Of a DNA stretch of 64,000 bases, positions 39,058 through 47,361 are shown in pieces. The stretch's first letter is position 1, and each line of letters starts with the position of its first letter. The DNA comes from Thermoplasmatota archaeon (GTDB taxonomy: Archaea > Thermoplasmatota > E2 > JACPAO01 > JAHFTW01), in contig JBFIHX010000003.1 of assembly GCA_041601615.1 (NCBI GenBank), positions 256,001-320,000 on the forward strand, written 5' to 3'. The position numbers and the translations under genes are program-made. Under the pieces are notes generated by a model. The model made no database searches, was not told the DNA's origin, and saw only the letters and a list, made by a program, of their open reading frames with translations.

Positions 39058-39810
39058 ATGGCTCTAGCCCGTGCCCGCCAAGCTGCCCGCCGCGTCAAGG
39101 ACCGATGGAAGTCCAAGCAATGGTACACCATCTCGGCCCCCGCCGCGTTCAACAACCACCTGCTTGGCGAGACCTTCGCCGACGAACCCCAAAAGCTCAT
39201 CGGCCGCACCAGCGAAGTCACACTCCAAGACCTCACGGGCGACATGCGCCAAATGCACGTCAAGCTGACCTTCAAAGTCAACGAAGTCAACGACATGCAG
39301 GCCAAGACTGTCTTCACTGGCCACAACATGACCAGTGACTACGTGCGCCGCCTCACCCGCCGCGGGCACACCAAGATCCCCGCCGTCTTCGACGTCAAGA
39401 CCAAGGACGGCAGCCGCCTCCGTGTCAAGCCGTTCGCCATCACCGACCGCCGCGCCCAAACCGGCGCCGCCCAGGACATCCGCCGCATCATGGTGGAACA
39501 CATCGAGAAGGCCGCCAAGGAGAACACCCTCAGCGGATTCCTGAAGCTCGTCCTGATGGGCGAACTCAGCAACACGATCTACAAGGACGCCCGCAAGATT
39601 CACCCCCTGCGCCGCGTCGAGATCGCCAAGACGGAAGTCCTCAGCGCCCCCTCGATCGAAGTCGACGAAACCCCCATCATCGTCGTCGAAGAAGAGGTCG
39701 AAGAGACGGAAGAGAGCGAGGAAGACCTCGACGCCGGCCTCATCGAGAGCGACTCCGAAGACGAGGAATCCGAAGCTGAATCGGCCGACGACGACTCCGA
39801 AGAAGAGTAA
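39058..39810 (+). CDS. rps3ae: 30S ribosomal protein eS1 (S3Ae) with acidic tail
   Basis: VKDRWKSKQWY...AP..F, GR..EVTL.DLTGD, DYVRRL.RR, IHPLRRVEI.K. Confidence 0.97.
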   Translation: MALARARQAARRVKDRWKSKQWYTISAPAAFNNHLLGETFADEPQKLIGRTSEVTLQDLTGDMRQMHVKLTFKVNEVNDMQAKTVFTGHNMTSDYVRRLTRRGHTKIPAVFDVKTKDGSRLRVKPFAITDRRAQTGAAQDIRRIMVEHIEKAAKENTLSGFLKLVLMGELSNTIYKDARKIHPLRRVEIAKTEVLSAPSIEVDETPIIVVEEEVEETEESEEDLDAGLIESDSEDEESEAESADDDSEEE

Positions 39811-39820
39811 GCCCACGAGG

Positions 39821-39850
39821 CTCCCCTTTCCCCCTTCCCCTCCCCCTTCT
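39821..39850 (+). terminator. Pyrimidine tract after rps3ae
   Basis: 30-nt C/T-only run. Confidence 0.5.
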
Positions 39851-39854
39851 GTGG

Positions 39855-39926
39855 GGGCCTATAGGGTAGTGGATATCCTTTCGGCCTTCGAAGCCGAAAA
39901 CCCCGGTTCGAATCCGGGTAGGCCCG
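39855..39926 (+). tRNA. tRNA-Arg(TCG)
   Basis: Acceptor GGGCCTA/TAGGCCC, anticodon arm TCGGC-CTTCGAA-GCCGA, GGTTCGAATCC T-arm; no encoded CCA. Confidence 0.95.
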
Positions 39927-40036
39927 TTTTGCAGCACCCCGCAAGGGGATGCTTTACTGAAACAAGTCTCGTGGGGGCTAGGTGCCCCCGTTTGCGCGCC
40001 CCAAAGGAGCTGAGCCTAACGCCGGGCGCAGTGGGT

Positions 40037-40342
40037 TGCGAGGAGCAGGATGGTTTGCGGAGGCCGAGCGCAGCGAGGTTTCCGTAAACCGAGGGCGCGT
40101 AGCGCCCGGAGACTGCGGCTCGCATTGAGCGCAGCGAAATGCGAGGAGCAGGATGGGAGTGGGGAGCCCGGAGGGCGACCCCGACCTCCTGCGTCTCGCA
40201 TTCGAGCGAGCGCAGCGAGAGAGAATGCGAGGAGCAGGATTCGACGATAAGCGAATGCGAGCATTCGCTCATCGATCTCGCTCTCTTCGTTCGCGAGCAA
40301 ATCCTGCTCGCGCAAAATGCCCGGTCGGGGACCGGGCATGAA
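40037..40342 (-). repeat. Array of three tRNA-Leu 3'-end copies separated by hairpin-rich spacers
   Basis: TGCGAGGAGCAGGAT (+ strand) at 40037, 40140, 40226 and in the tRNA at 40343. Confidence 0.92.
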
Positions 40343-40424
40343 TGCGAGGAGCAGGATTCGAACCTGCGAACCACTAAGGACCAGCCCCTCAAGCTGGCGT
40401 CGTTGGCCGCTTGACTATCCTCGC
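40343..40424 (-). tRNA. tRNA-Leu(GAG)
   Basis: GCGAGGA/TCCTCGC acceptor, CCAGC-TTGAGGG-GCTGG anticodon arm, variable arm, GGTTCGAATCC. Confidence 0.95.
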
Positions 40425-40471
40425 GATGTGTTGGCGGATGCTGTTGTTCGTCCCGCTTGGAGACGAACAAG

Positions 40472-40555
40472 CGCGACGAGGGAGATTTGAACTCCCGTGG
40501 GAAGAATCCCAGAGGCTTAGCAGGCCCCCGCAATACCGAGCTATGCGATCGTCGC
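40472..40555 (-). tRNA. tRNA-Ser(GCT)
   Basis: GCGACGA/TCGTCGC acceptor, GGGGC-CTGCTAA-GCCTC anticodon arm, long variable arm, GTTCAAATC. Confidence 0.93.
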
Positions 40556-40687
40556 TTGCGGATGTCGGCTCGGAGCCCCGTGCCGAAGGCGGGCGACTTG
40601 GGTAGGGGTTATCACCATTTCGTCTGGCGCTGGCTGGAGCTTGGGCGTGGTGGAGGCGGTTTGGGCGTAGGTCTGGGGTCGTTTTGG

Positions 40688-41368
40688 GTGCCGATTGCTT
40701 ATGTGGTTCGTCGGCTCGGGCGGGTCGTGCGGTTCGTGGATGGTCGGCTGCTGATGTGGTTGCTCGTGGCGGTGTTTGCTTCGGGTGTGCCCTTGGCGGT
40801 TTGGTTTGATGCGGATGCGACGCGGGCGGTGTCGTTGGTGGAGCGATGGCTGCGGGGGGCGCACGCGGTTTCCACGGCGTTGCTGGTGTTGGGGACTGTG
40901 TTGCACTTGGTCATGCGGCTTCGGGGGCGCGTGGAGCCGCGGGTGGTCCGGTGGGGCGGTTTGTCGCTGGCGTTTGTGGGCCTTGCTGCGGCGACGGGCG
41001 CGCTCGTGGACCAGACGGGGCACGGGGCGCGAGCGTGGGCACGCCTTGGATTGGATGTGGGTGCGGTTTCGGCGGTTGCTGTGGTGCATGTGGCGTTTGC
41101 TTCGGTGCTGGTGGCGTTGGGCGTGTATGTTCATGTGGCGCGCAAGTCTCGGGTGCGGATTTTTGGCGGTTGGCAAAGTGCTGCGATTTCGTTGGTCCTG
41201 GTGGTCCTCGGCGTCGCGTTGTTGCCGGGCGTGGCTCCGGGTGCCGGTTCTGGGCACATTGCGACGGTTGCCGTGGCGCCGGGCGGCTTTGCGTGGCCGG
41301 TGTTGGTGGGCCTCGTGGTAGCTGTGGGTGCGCGCTGGTTGTCTTCTTGGCGTGGCGGCCTAGCGTAG
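40688..41368 (+). CDS. Membrane protein resembling a divergent cytochrome b N-terminal domain (start uncertain)
   Basis: LRGAH-x13-H and VH-x14-H His pairs in TM helices; W.G and TG motifs. Confidence 0.5.
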   Translation: MPIAYVVRRLGRVVRFVDGRLLMWLLVAVFASGVPLAVWFDADATRAVSLVERWLRGAHAVSTALLVLGTVLHLVMRLRGRVEPRVVRWGGLSLAFVGLAAATGALVDQTGHGARAWARLGLDVGAVSAVAVVHVAFASVLVALGVYVHVARKSRVRIFGGWQSAAISLVLVVLGVALLPGVAPGAGSGHIATVAVAPGGFAWPVLVGLVVAVGARWLSSWRGGLA

Positions 41369-42319
41369 AAAGTGGACGCCTGATTCGTCCACAGTGGCGC
41401 GAAGCTCGCTTGCTTCCCTGGCGAAGTCGCTGGAAAAGGGCGCACTGCGCGCCTCGAAGCGCTGCACCACGTCGAGGAGGGTGATGTTCCAGCCGCCGTC
41501 TTGGTGCGCCGAGGCTTCGATTTGCCAGACGAGGGGGCCGATGCTGGCCATGAGGAATCCGTCGTAGGCGGAGGTCTGCCGAATGGCCGCTACGGCGCCT
41601 GTGGAGCCTGCTGGGAGGTGCCAGGGGTACCATGCGGAGTCGAGAACGGTGTCGCCGCGCATCAAGTCCACGCGTGTGCCCTCGGCTTGTTCGTCCACGA
41701 CGATCCATTCCAATGGGTGTCGCGTGGCGTAGGTGTCGCCGTCGGGGGCCGAGAGAACGCGCACGCCTCCAAGCACCAGTAGGACGAGTACGATTACGGC
41801 TCCGGCTTGCAGCACGCGGGCGTCGCTCCAGTGTCGGCGCCAGCGCAACCACAATACGCCTGCGGCCGGCGGGGCAAGCCACCAAACAATCCAGTAGTAC
41901 CATTCGAGACTCCATGGTGTCGGAGAAAGGGGCCAGAAGAGGGGGATGCCGTGGTGCGTGATGCCGTCGAGCAAGAGGTGGCTCCAAGCGCCGAGCAAGA
42001 GGGGGCGCCACGCTCCAGGCCACCAGCGAGCCGCCGAGAGGCTGTTCCAGCGACGCGACAGCCGCCCAAGGAGCCGCACGAACAGCCACGCCGCCACAGG
42101 AGCCCCGAGAAGGCTGTGGCTTGCGCCTCGATGTTGCAACCAGTACAGGGAATCAAAGTACGACAAAGGCGCCACGAATGCGTCTAGGTCCGGCGCGAAG
42201 GCCGAGGCGGCCGCCACGAGGCCGTAGGAGGTCGCGGATGCGTGGCTTGGGCGCCCTAAGGCGGCGAATAAGATGATGCCCGCAGCGTAGCCCAAAAGGA
42301 CGTGGGTGAAGACATCCAC
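41360..42319 (-). CDS. Membrane metal-dependent hydrolase (YbcI/YdjM-like)
   Basis: D..TH, PDLD, HRGASHS, SHLLLD..T..G.PLFWP. Confidence 0.88.
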   Translation of the reverse strand: MDVFTHVLLGYAAGIILFAALGRPSHASATSYGLVAAASAFAPDLDAFVAPLSYFDSLYWLQHRGASHSLLGAPVAAWLFVRLLGRLSRRWNSLSAARWWPGAWRPLLLGAWSHLLLDGITHHGIPLFWPLSPTPWSLEWYYWIVWWLAPPAAGVLWLRWRRHWSDARVLQAGAVIVLVLLVLGGVRVLSAPDGDTYATRHPLEWIVVDEQAEGTRVDLMRGDTVLDSAWYPWHLPAGSTGAVAAIRQTSAYDGFLMASIGPLVWQIEASAHQDGGWNITLLDVVQRFEARSAPFSSDFAREASELRATVDESGVHFLR

Positions 42320-42373
42320 GGACACCGCCAGCGAGCAAGCCGGTTGAGGGTTTGCCGAAGGGGCGGTGCAGAC

Positions 42374-42500
42374 CTACTTCGTAAGCACCGTCTTCACGGC
42401 GTCCAGCCGCGTGCTGCACTTCGCTTCGCTCGTACCGCTGCGGGCTCGATGGCTCCGTTTGGCCCTTACTTCGTAAGGACCGCTCGGACCGCATCGAGCA
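42374..42500 (-). repeat. Duplicated transketolase 3' end with hairpin unit (92-bp period)
   Basis: LDAVRAVLTK-TAA (gene) and LDAVKTVLTK-TAG (downstream copy) flanking GAGCGAAGCGA. Confidence 0.88.
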
Positions 42501-43437
42501 TTTTCGGTTGATCGACCTCGAAGTGCTGGTACAGTTCCTCGGGGGTGCCGCTGGTGGTGAAGCTGCGCACACCGATGCGGTGCAGCACACCGCCGGTGGC
42601 GTGCTCGGCCATCACTTCGGCAACTGCACTTCCGAGACCGTTGTGGATGAAGTGGTCCTCGGCGGTGACGATGCGACCGGTCTCGTGGGCACACTTGGAA
42701 ACGAGCGCCTCGTCGATGGGCTTGATGCTGGCCATGTTGACGACACGGACACTGATGCCCTCGGCTTTGGCTTGCTTGGCCACTTGCAGGCTCTCGTTGA
42801 CGTGCGGGCCACTGGCGATGAGGGTGACGTCCTCGCCGTCTTGGACAATCTGGCCCTTGCCCCATTTGAATTCGTAGTCGTCGTCGTGGAACATCGGCAC
42901 GCCTGCGCGAGTGCTGCGCATGTAGCAGGGGCCCTTGCGTTCGTACATGGCGTGGACGGCGGAGCGCGCCTCGTTGGCGTCTGCCGGGGACACGACATAC
43001 ATGTTGGGCAAGGTGCGCATGATTCCGATGTCTTCGAGGCCGTGGGCGCTGCTGCCGTCTTGGCCGGTCATCAGACCACCGTGGCTGCCGCAGAACTTGA
43101 CGTTGAGGCCCTGGCGCCCGACGCAGTTGCGGATCTGCTCCCAGCCGCGTTCGAGGAAGACTGCGAAGGTGCTGACGAAGGGCGTCTTGCCCATGTGCGC
43201 AAGGCCGCCGGCGGTGGTGACCATGTCCTGTTCGCTGATGCCCATTTGCACGAAGCGCTCGGGCCATTGGGCTTCGAACCAGTTGCTGCGCGTGCTTCCG
43301 GCAAGGTCCGCGTCGAGGGCGACCACTTCAGGGTGCAAGGCGCCGACTTCCAGGAGGCCGCGTCCGTAGCCGTCGCGGATGGCAACCTTGTCACCTAGTT
43401 TCCAGTTGAATGTCTTCGCGGTGGTGGCGGCTCCCAT
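42466..43437 (-). CDS. Transketolase C-terminal subunit
   Basis: DADL..ST, GISEQ, DG.S.H..ED, GP.Y.R, IKPID, EDH...GLG. Confidence 0.95.
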   Translation of the reverse strand: MGAATTAKTFNWKLGDKVAIRDGYGRGLLEVGALHPEVVALDADLAGSTRSNWFEAQWPERFVQMGISEQDMVTTAGGLAHMGKTPFVSTFAVFLERGWEQIRNCVGRQGLNVKFCGSHGGLMTGQDGSSAHGLEDIGIMRTLPNMYVVSPADANEARSAVHAMYERKGPCYMRSTRAGVPMFHDDDYEFKWGKGQIVQDGEDVTLIASGPHVNESLQVAKQAKAEGISVRVVNMASIKPIDEALVSKCAHETGRIVTAEDHFIHNGLGSAVAEVMAEHATGGVLHRIGVRSFTTSGTPEELYQHFEVDQPKMLDAVRAVLTK

Positions 43438-44339
43438 CAGTCGTCCTCCAGGTTCTTGGGTCCCCATGTTTCGCCGAGTTGGCGCATCGCTTCGACCATT
43501 TCGTCGGTGGTGAGGGAGCGGCCGTGGAAGTCGGCCTGGCCTTCCATGAAGTCTACGCCGTGGCCCTTGTCCGTGTCGAAGACGATGCAAGTGGGTTTGC
43601 CCTTCGTGGCGGCGGCTTCCTTGAAGGCGGCGTCGCAGGCGGCAAGATCGTGGCCGTCGCATTCGATGACATGGAACCCAAAGGCGCGGAACTTGGCACC
43701 GACGGGATCAACGTTCTTGACTTGGGCGCAGGGGCCATCGATTTGGACCTTGTTCCAGTCCACGAGGACGCAGACGGAATCGAGTTTGTAGTGCGCAGCA
43801 GTGAGGGCAGATTCCCAGATGTTGCCCTCTTGCAGTTCGCCGTCGCCAAGCGTCACGTAGACGCGGCCCTTGTTGCCGTCCATGCGCTTGGCAAGGGCAA
43901 CACCGTTGCCATATCCGAGGCCCATGCCGAGGCTGCCTGTGCTCATTTCGATGCCGGGAATCTTGCGGTCTACGTGGCCTTGAAGAAGGCCCCCGAGGCG
44001 GCGCAAGCGACGGAACTCCTTCTTGTCGTAGTAGCCCATTTCGCCGAGCACCGCGTAGATGCCGGGGGCGCAGTGGCCCTTCGAAAGGATGAACACGTCT
44101 CGATCTGGGTCCTTGGCCGCGGCTTGCGCCGGGCTCATGTGCAAGTGGTTGTAGTACAGCACGGACAGGAAGTCGATCATCGAGAACGACCCGCCCGGGT
44201 GACCCGAGCCAGCGTCGAAGATCATGTTCAAGATCGCCACGCGCGACTTGCGCGTCCGCTCTGCCAGTTCTTCTAGAGAGAGCGGCCCCTGTACCGCCGT
44301 GGATGCAGCCACGGAGGCGGCGAGACGGCGTTGTGTCAA
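43437..44339 (-). CDS. Transketolase N-terminal (TPP-binding) subunit
   Basis: SGHPGGS, RD.FILSKGH, LQGH, STGSLG.G, GDGELQEG..WE. Confidence 0.95.
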   Translation of the reverse strand: MTQRRLAASVAASTAVQGPLSLEELAERTRKSRVAILNMIFDAGSGHPGGSFSMIDFLSVLYYNHLHMSPAQAAAKDPDRDVFILSKGHCAPGIYAVLGEMGYYDKKEFRRLRRLGGLLQGHVDRKIPGIEMSTGSLGMGLGYGNGVALAKRMDGNKGRVYVTLGDGELQEGNIWESALTAAHYKLDSVCVLVDWNKVQIDGPCAQVKNVDPVGAKFRAFGFHVIECDGHDLAACDAAFKEAAATKGKPTCIVFDTDKGHGVDFMEGQADFHGRSLTTDEMVEAMRQLGETWGPKNLEDD

Positions 44340-44429
44340 AAGGGTTCGGGGATATCGTTGCAGCTACTCTGGCGCCCGGGCATGCCCACCAACAGAAACC
44401 CTATGTGCCTCTAGTCCACCCCCGCTTCT

Positions 44430-45218
44430 ATGCGCACCCTCTGGATTGCCCTCGTCGTACTCGCTACTGCTCTTGCAGGTTGCTCTGACGACACCAAAGC
44501 GCCCGTGGACCCTGCGACCGAATGCGATGGAATCTATGCGGATGATGTTTGCACGCCGCACGTCGAACCCCGCATCACGGTGTCGGGTCTGCCTCCGAGC
44601 ATCGGCGCCTACAGTACAGTGGCTTTTGAGTGGAGCATCGACAACGGCACCCGCGGCACTGCGTCCGAGCCGGTGCACTCCATGGACAGTCGCATCTTGG
44701 TCAGCAACGAAGCTGGCACGGTCTCCAACATGACGGGTCCGGACGAGTGGGGCATGGAGCTTGCCCGTGAGCAACACCAGAACTTGCCCGGCAGCTTCGA
44801 GGCGAGCCTCTCCTGGGAAACCATGGAAATGCTGTACCTGCGCGGTTACATGCTGATTGAGGGCGAGAACGTCTGGACGGACCTTGGCACGATCAACATC
44901 ACGGCCGTAGAGCCCACGGGCAAGGTCGCAGTTGTGTCCATCGAAGGTGTTCCGCCGGGCCTGGATGAGTCCACGGTCGGCATCGTCGTGGGAGACGCTT
45001 TCATGATTTCCAATGGCCAGCCAACGGACTACACCGCGGTCTTTGACTGCTCGAATGGCGTCTCGGTGCCGGAACTCGCAGTTCCTGCCAGCGGCGACAG
45101 CGACGTGGTGCTGTTTGATGCACCCACGAGCTGTTCCTACACGCTTCAGCCGGCTCTCCTTTCGGGCTCCTCGTCGCCCCTTGACATCGATGGCACGGTC
45201 AACGTCAACCGTCCCTAG
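44430..45218 (+). CDS. Lipoprotein, possible C-terminal cupredoxin-like fold
   Basis: LAGC lipobox; I.VGD....N ... GT..V ending. Confidence 0.72.
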   Translation: MRTLWIALVVLATALAGCSDDTKAPVDPATECDGIYADDVCTPHVEPRITVSGLPPSIGAYSTVAFEWSIDNGTRGTASEPVHSMDSRILVSNEAGTVSNMTGPDEWGMELAREQHQNLPGSFEASLSWETMEMLYLRGYMLIEGENVWTDLGTINITAVEPTGKVAVVSIEGVPPGLDESTVGIVVGDAFMISNGQPTDYTAVFDCSNGVSVPELAVPASGDSDVVLFDAPTSCSYTLQPALLSGSSSPLDIDGTVNVNRP

Positions 45219-45280
45219 GCCGGAGTGGTTTCTGGGGCCTATCCCACACCTTGAAAGGCCTGCGCGTCGGTGGCGACAGC

Positions 45281-46153
45281 GTGCGCGAGTACCACGACCG
45301 GTTGGTGTCCTGCGAGACCCTGTTCGAGAACCTAGACCAAGGCTGGGTGGTGTTCGATTGCCGACATGATCTTGCGGACGCTGAAGCAGGTCCCGGTGCC
45401 TACGCTCGTGGGCATATTCCGGGCTCGCTGCATGCGCATGTGGATCGCGATTTGAGCAGTCCCGTGGGAGACGGTGTGCGCGGTCGCCATCCTCTGCCGG
45501 ACCCTGAGAAATTCGCGGCGTGGTTGCGTGCCTCCGGCGTCGACTCCGAGTCGCAAGTGGTGTGCTACGATGATGCTGGCGGAGCTTGGGCGGCGCGCCT
45601 TTGGTGGCTGCTTCGATTCTACGGCCACGGCCACGTCGCGGTTTTGGATGGTGGATTGCGCCGCTGGCAGGCGCTTGATTTGCCAGTGACGACCAAGATT
45701 CCGTCCACCGTGGCCGGTTCATTCGAGGGCGACCCGGGGCGTATGCCAACCGTGGATGCACTGCGCATCGAGACCAACATAGGCAAGCGGCGCGAGGCGC
45801 TGCAAGTGGTGGATGCACGGGCTGCGGAGCGTTTTCGCGGCGATGTGGAGCCCTTGGATCCTGTGGCTGGGCATATTCCAGGCGCTCTGAACCTGCCGTT
45901 TGCCGGCAACGTTGGCTCGGACGGTCGGTTTCTGAGTCCGGACGAATTGCGTGCTCGTTACGAAGATGCGCTTGGGGTCCAGGAGGTGTCGCGGGTCGCG
46001 GTGTATTGTGGCAGCGGTGTAACTGCCGCACACGACGTCCTGGCCATGGAGGTGGCGGGCATGGGAACGGCGTCGTTGTATCCCGGTTCTTGGAGTGAAT
46101 GGTGCCAGCCTGCCGCCGGGCGAGCGGTGGAGACAGGGGACGCTCCAGTTTAG
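45281..46153 (+). CDS. Tandem-rhodanese sulfurtransferase (SseA/MST-like)
   Basis: GHIPG twice, GRHPLP, AARLWW, LDGG, YCGSGVTA, YPGSWSEW. Confidence 0.93.
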   Translation: MREYHDRLVSCETLFENLDQGWVVFDCRHDLADAEAGPGAYARGHIPGSLHAHVDRDLSSPVGDGVRGRHPLPDPEKFAAWLRASGVDSESQVVCYDDAGGAWAARLWWLLRFYGHGHVAVLDGGLRRWQALDLPVTTKIPSTVAGSFEGDPGRMPTVDALRIETNIGKRREALQVVDARAAERFRGDVEPLDPVAGHIPGALNLPFAGNVGSDGRFLSPDELRARYEDALGVQEVSRVAVYCGSGVTAAHDVLAMEVAGMGTASLYPGSWSEWCQPAAGRAVETGDAPV

Positions 46154-46554
46154 TCTCGTGTGGCTTCGGAATCGTCCAAGACGCCGGCTACGACCGCGAT
46201 GCCGAGTGCTGAGTACGCCACGGCAAGTGCAAGGTTTCCGGTGACAGCGGCGTACCCCCATAGGTTCCATAGCACCACGGCCCAGGAGGAGAGGGTTGCA
46301 AACCAGAGGGCGGCGGGGACGTGGTAGGTTCGCAATGGATCAAGCAGGACGGCGGCCACGGCGAGCGCGACGACGCCTGCCTTGACGGCAATGAGCCCTC
46401 GCCAACCGGCGCCGTCCAAAACGGGCTCTAGGAGGGGGTTGGATTCGGTTCCCCCCACGCGCAGCGCAAGGAGGGTGCTTGCTACGTCGAATGCCTGAGC
46501 ACAAGCAAGCAACAGAAGCGGAATTCCGCAGCGTCGTAGCTTGTGGCCCGCCAT
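46150..46554 (-). CDS. Small membrane protein (DUF5658-like)
   Basis: D..ST......G..E.NPL...K motif. Confidence 0.7.
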   Translation of the reverse strand: MAGHKLRRCGIPLLLLACAQAFDVASTLLALRVGGTESNPLLEPVLDGAGWRGLIAVKAGVVALAVAAVLLDPLRTYHVPAALWFATLSSWAVVLWNLWGYAAVTGNLALAVAYSALGIAVVAGVLDDSEATRD

Positions 46555-46612
46555 GAGGAGGTTGTTTTGTTGGCGACCTTGAAGAGCCCATGGGGCAGGT
46601 GCGGAAGGAGCG

Positions 46613-47095
46613 TCAGCCGCCGTAGATCAAGCGGCCTAGGGCGCTGAAGCCGGCGACGAATGCCGTGAACCAAATCATTTGGGCGATGGCGCCAAGCACG
46701 AGGCCGATGACGGCCATGGGGCGGCCTTTGAGTTTGCCGGGGCCGGTTTGTGCGATGCCGCCGATGCCGAGGGCGAGGGCGACGATGCCGGCGATGGGGA
46801 TGAACACAAGGAGGCCTAGTACGAGGCTGGCGATGGCGAGGCCGCTGTACTCTTTGTTCTCGGCCTTTTTTTGGGCCTTTTTCTCGGCTTCGGCCGTGGC
46901 TTTGGCAAGTTCCGCGCCGGGTGCTGCGAATCCTTGGGATTGGAACGTGTAGCTCCCGGTTCCTGCCGTGTAGCTGCCGGTACCTGCGTCGCCTGGAACG
47001 CGTCCGCCTCCGAATCCGCATACGGGACAGTTTGCGTCGGCGCCGGGAGCGGCCCGGAACGAGGACGCGCAGCGGGGACAGACGACCTCAACCAC
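46613..47095 (-). CDS. Zn-ribbon + DUF4190-like membrane protein
   Basis: CPRC/CPVC; LAIASLVLG...ALALG...KGR.MA..GLVLG. Confidence 0.8.
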   Translation of the reverse strand: MVEVVCPRCASSFRAAPGADANCPVCGFGGGRVPGDAGTGSYTAGTGSYTFQSQGFAAPGAELAKATAEAEKKAQKKAENKEYSGLAIASLVLGLLVFIPIAGIVALALGIGGIAQTGPGKLKGRPMAVIGLVLGAIAQMIWFTAFVAGFSALGRLIYGG

Positions 47096-47315
47096 GGGTC
47101 ATCGAGTCAAGGCTGCGCTTGAAGGGTTTGCGGGTGGACCGTTTGTGTTCCCGCCACCATGGCCCAGGCGGAAGACGCATAATCACAGCTCGGGCAAGTG
47201 TGTCAATTGTTCAAGCGTGGCGGCGGATAACCGGAGGGTGCAGGCGAGCGGAATCGGATGGGAGGAAGAGGTCCGGAAGCAAGCACGGACACAAGCGTTG
47301 GCCTGCTGCACACAA

Positions 47316-47339
47316 CTGGGCGACACAAAACGTCATCAA
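47316..47339 (+). promoter_or_regulatory. 24-bp upstream motif shared with 48351..48374
   Basis: CTGGGCGACACAAAAYGTCATCAA, 22 nt before the ATG in both paralogs. Confidence 0.7.
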
Positions 47340-47361
47340 CCGAGACAAGGTTGTTGCGCCG

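Noticed and set aside
40037-40424. CRISPR array
   Set aside because: Repeats are only 15-22 bp and equal the tRNA 3' end, spacers are long, unequal and palindromic, and no cas genes are present.
47096-47315. Structured RNA in a 266-bp intergenic gap
   Set aside because: Some G-T-rich long-range pairing, but not beyond chance by eye; the region also holds two divergent promoters.
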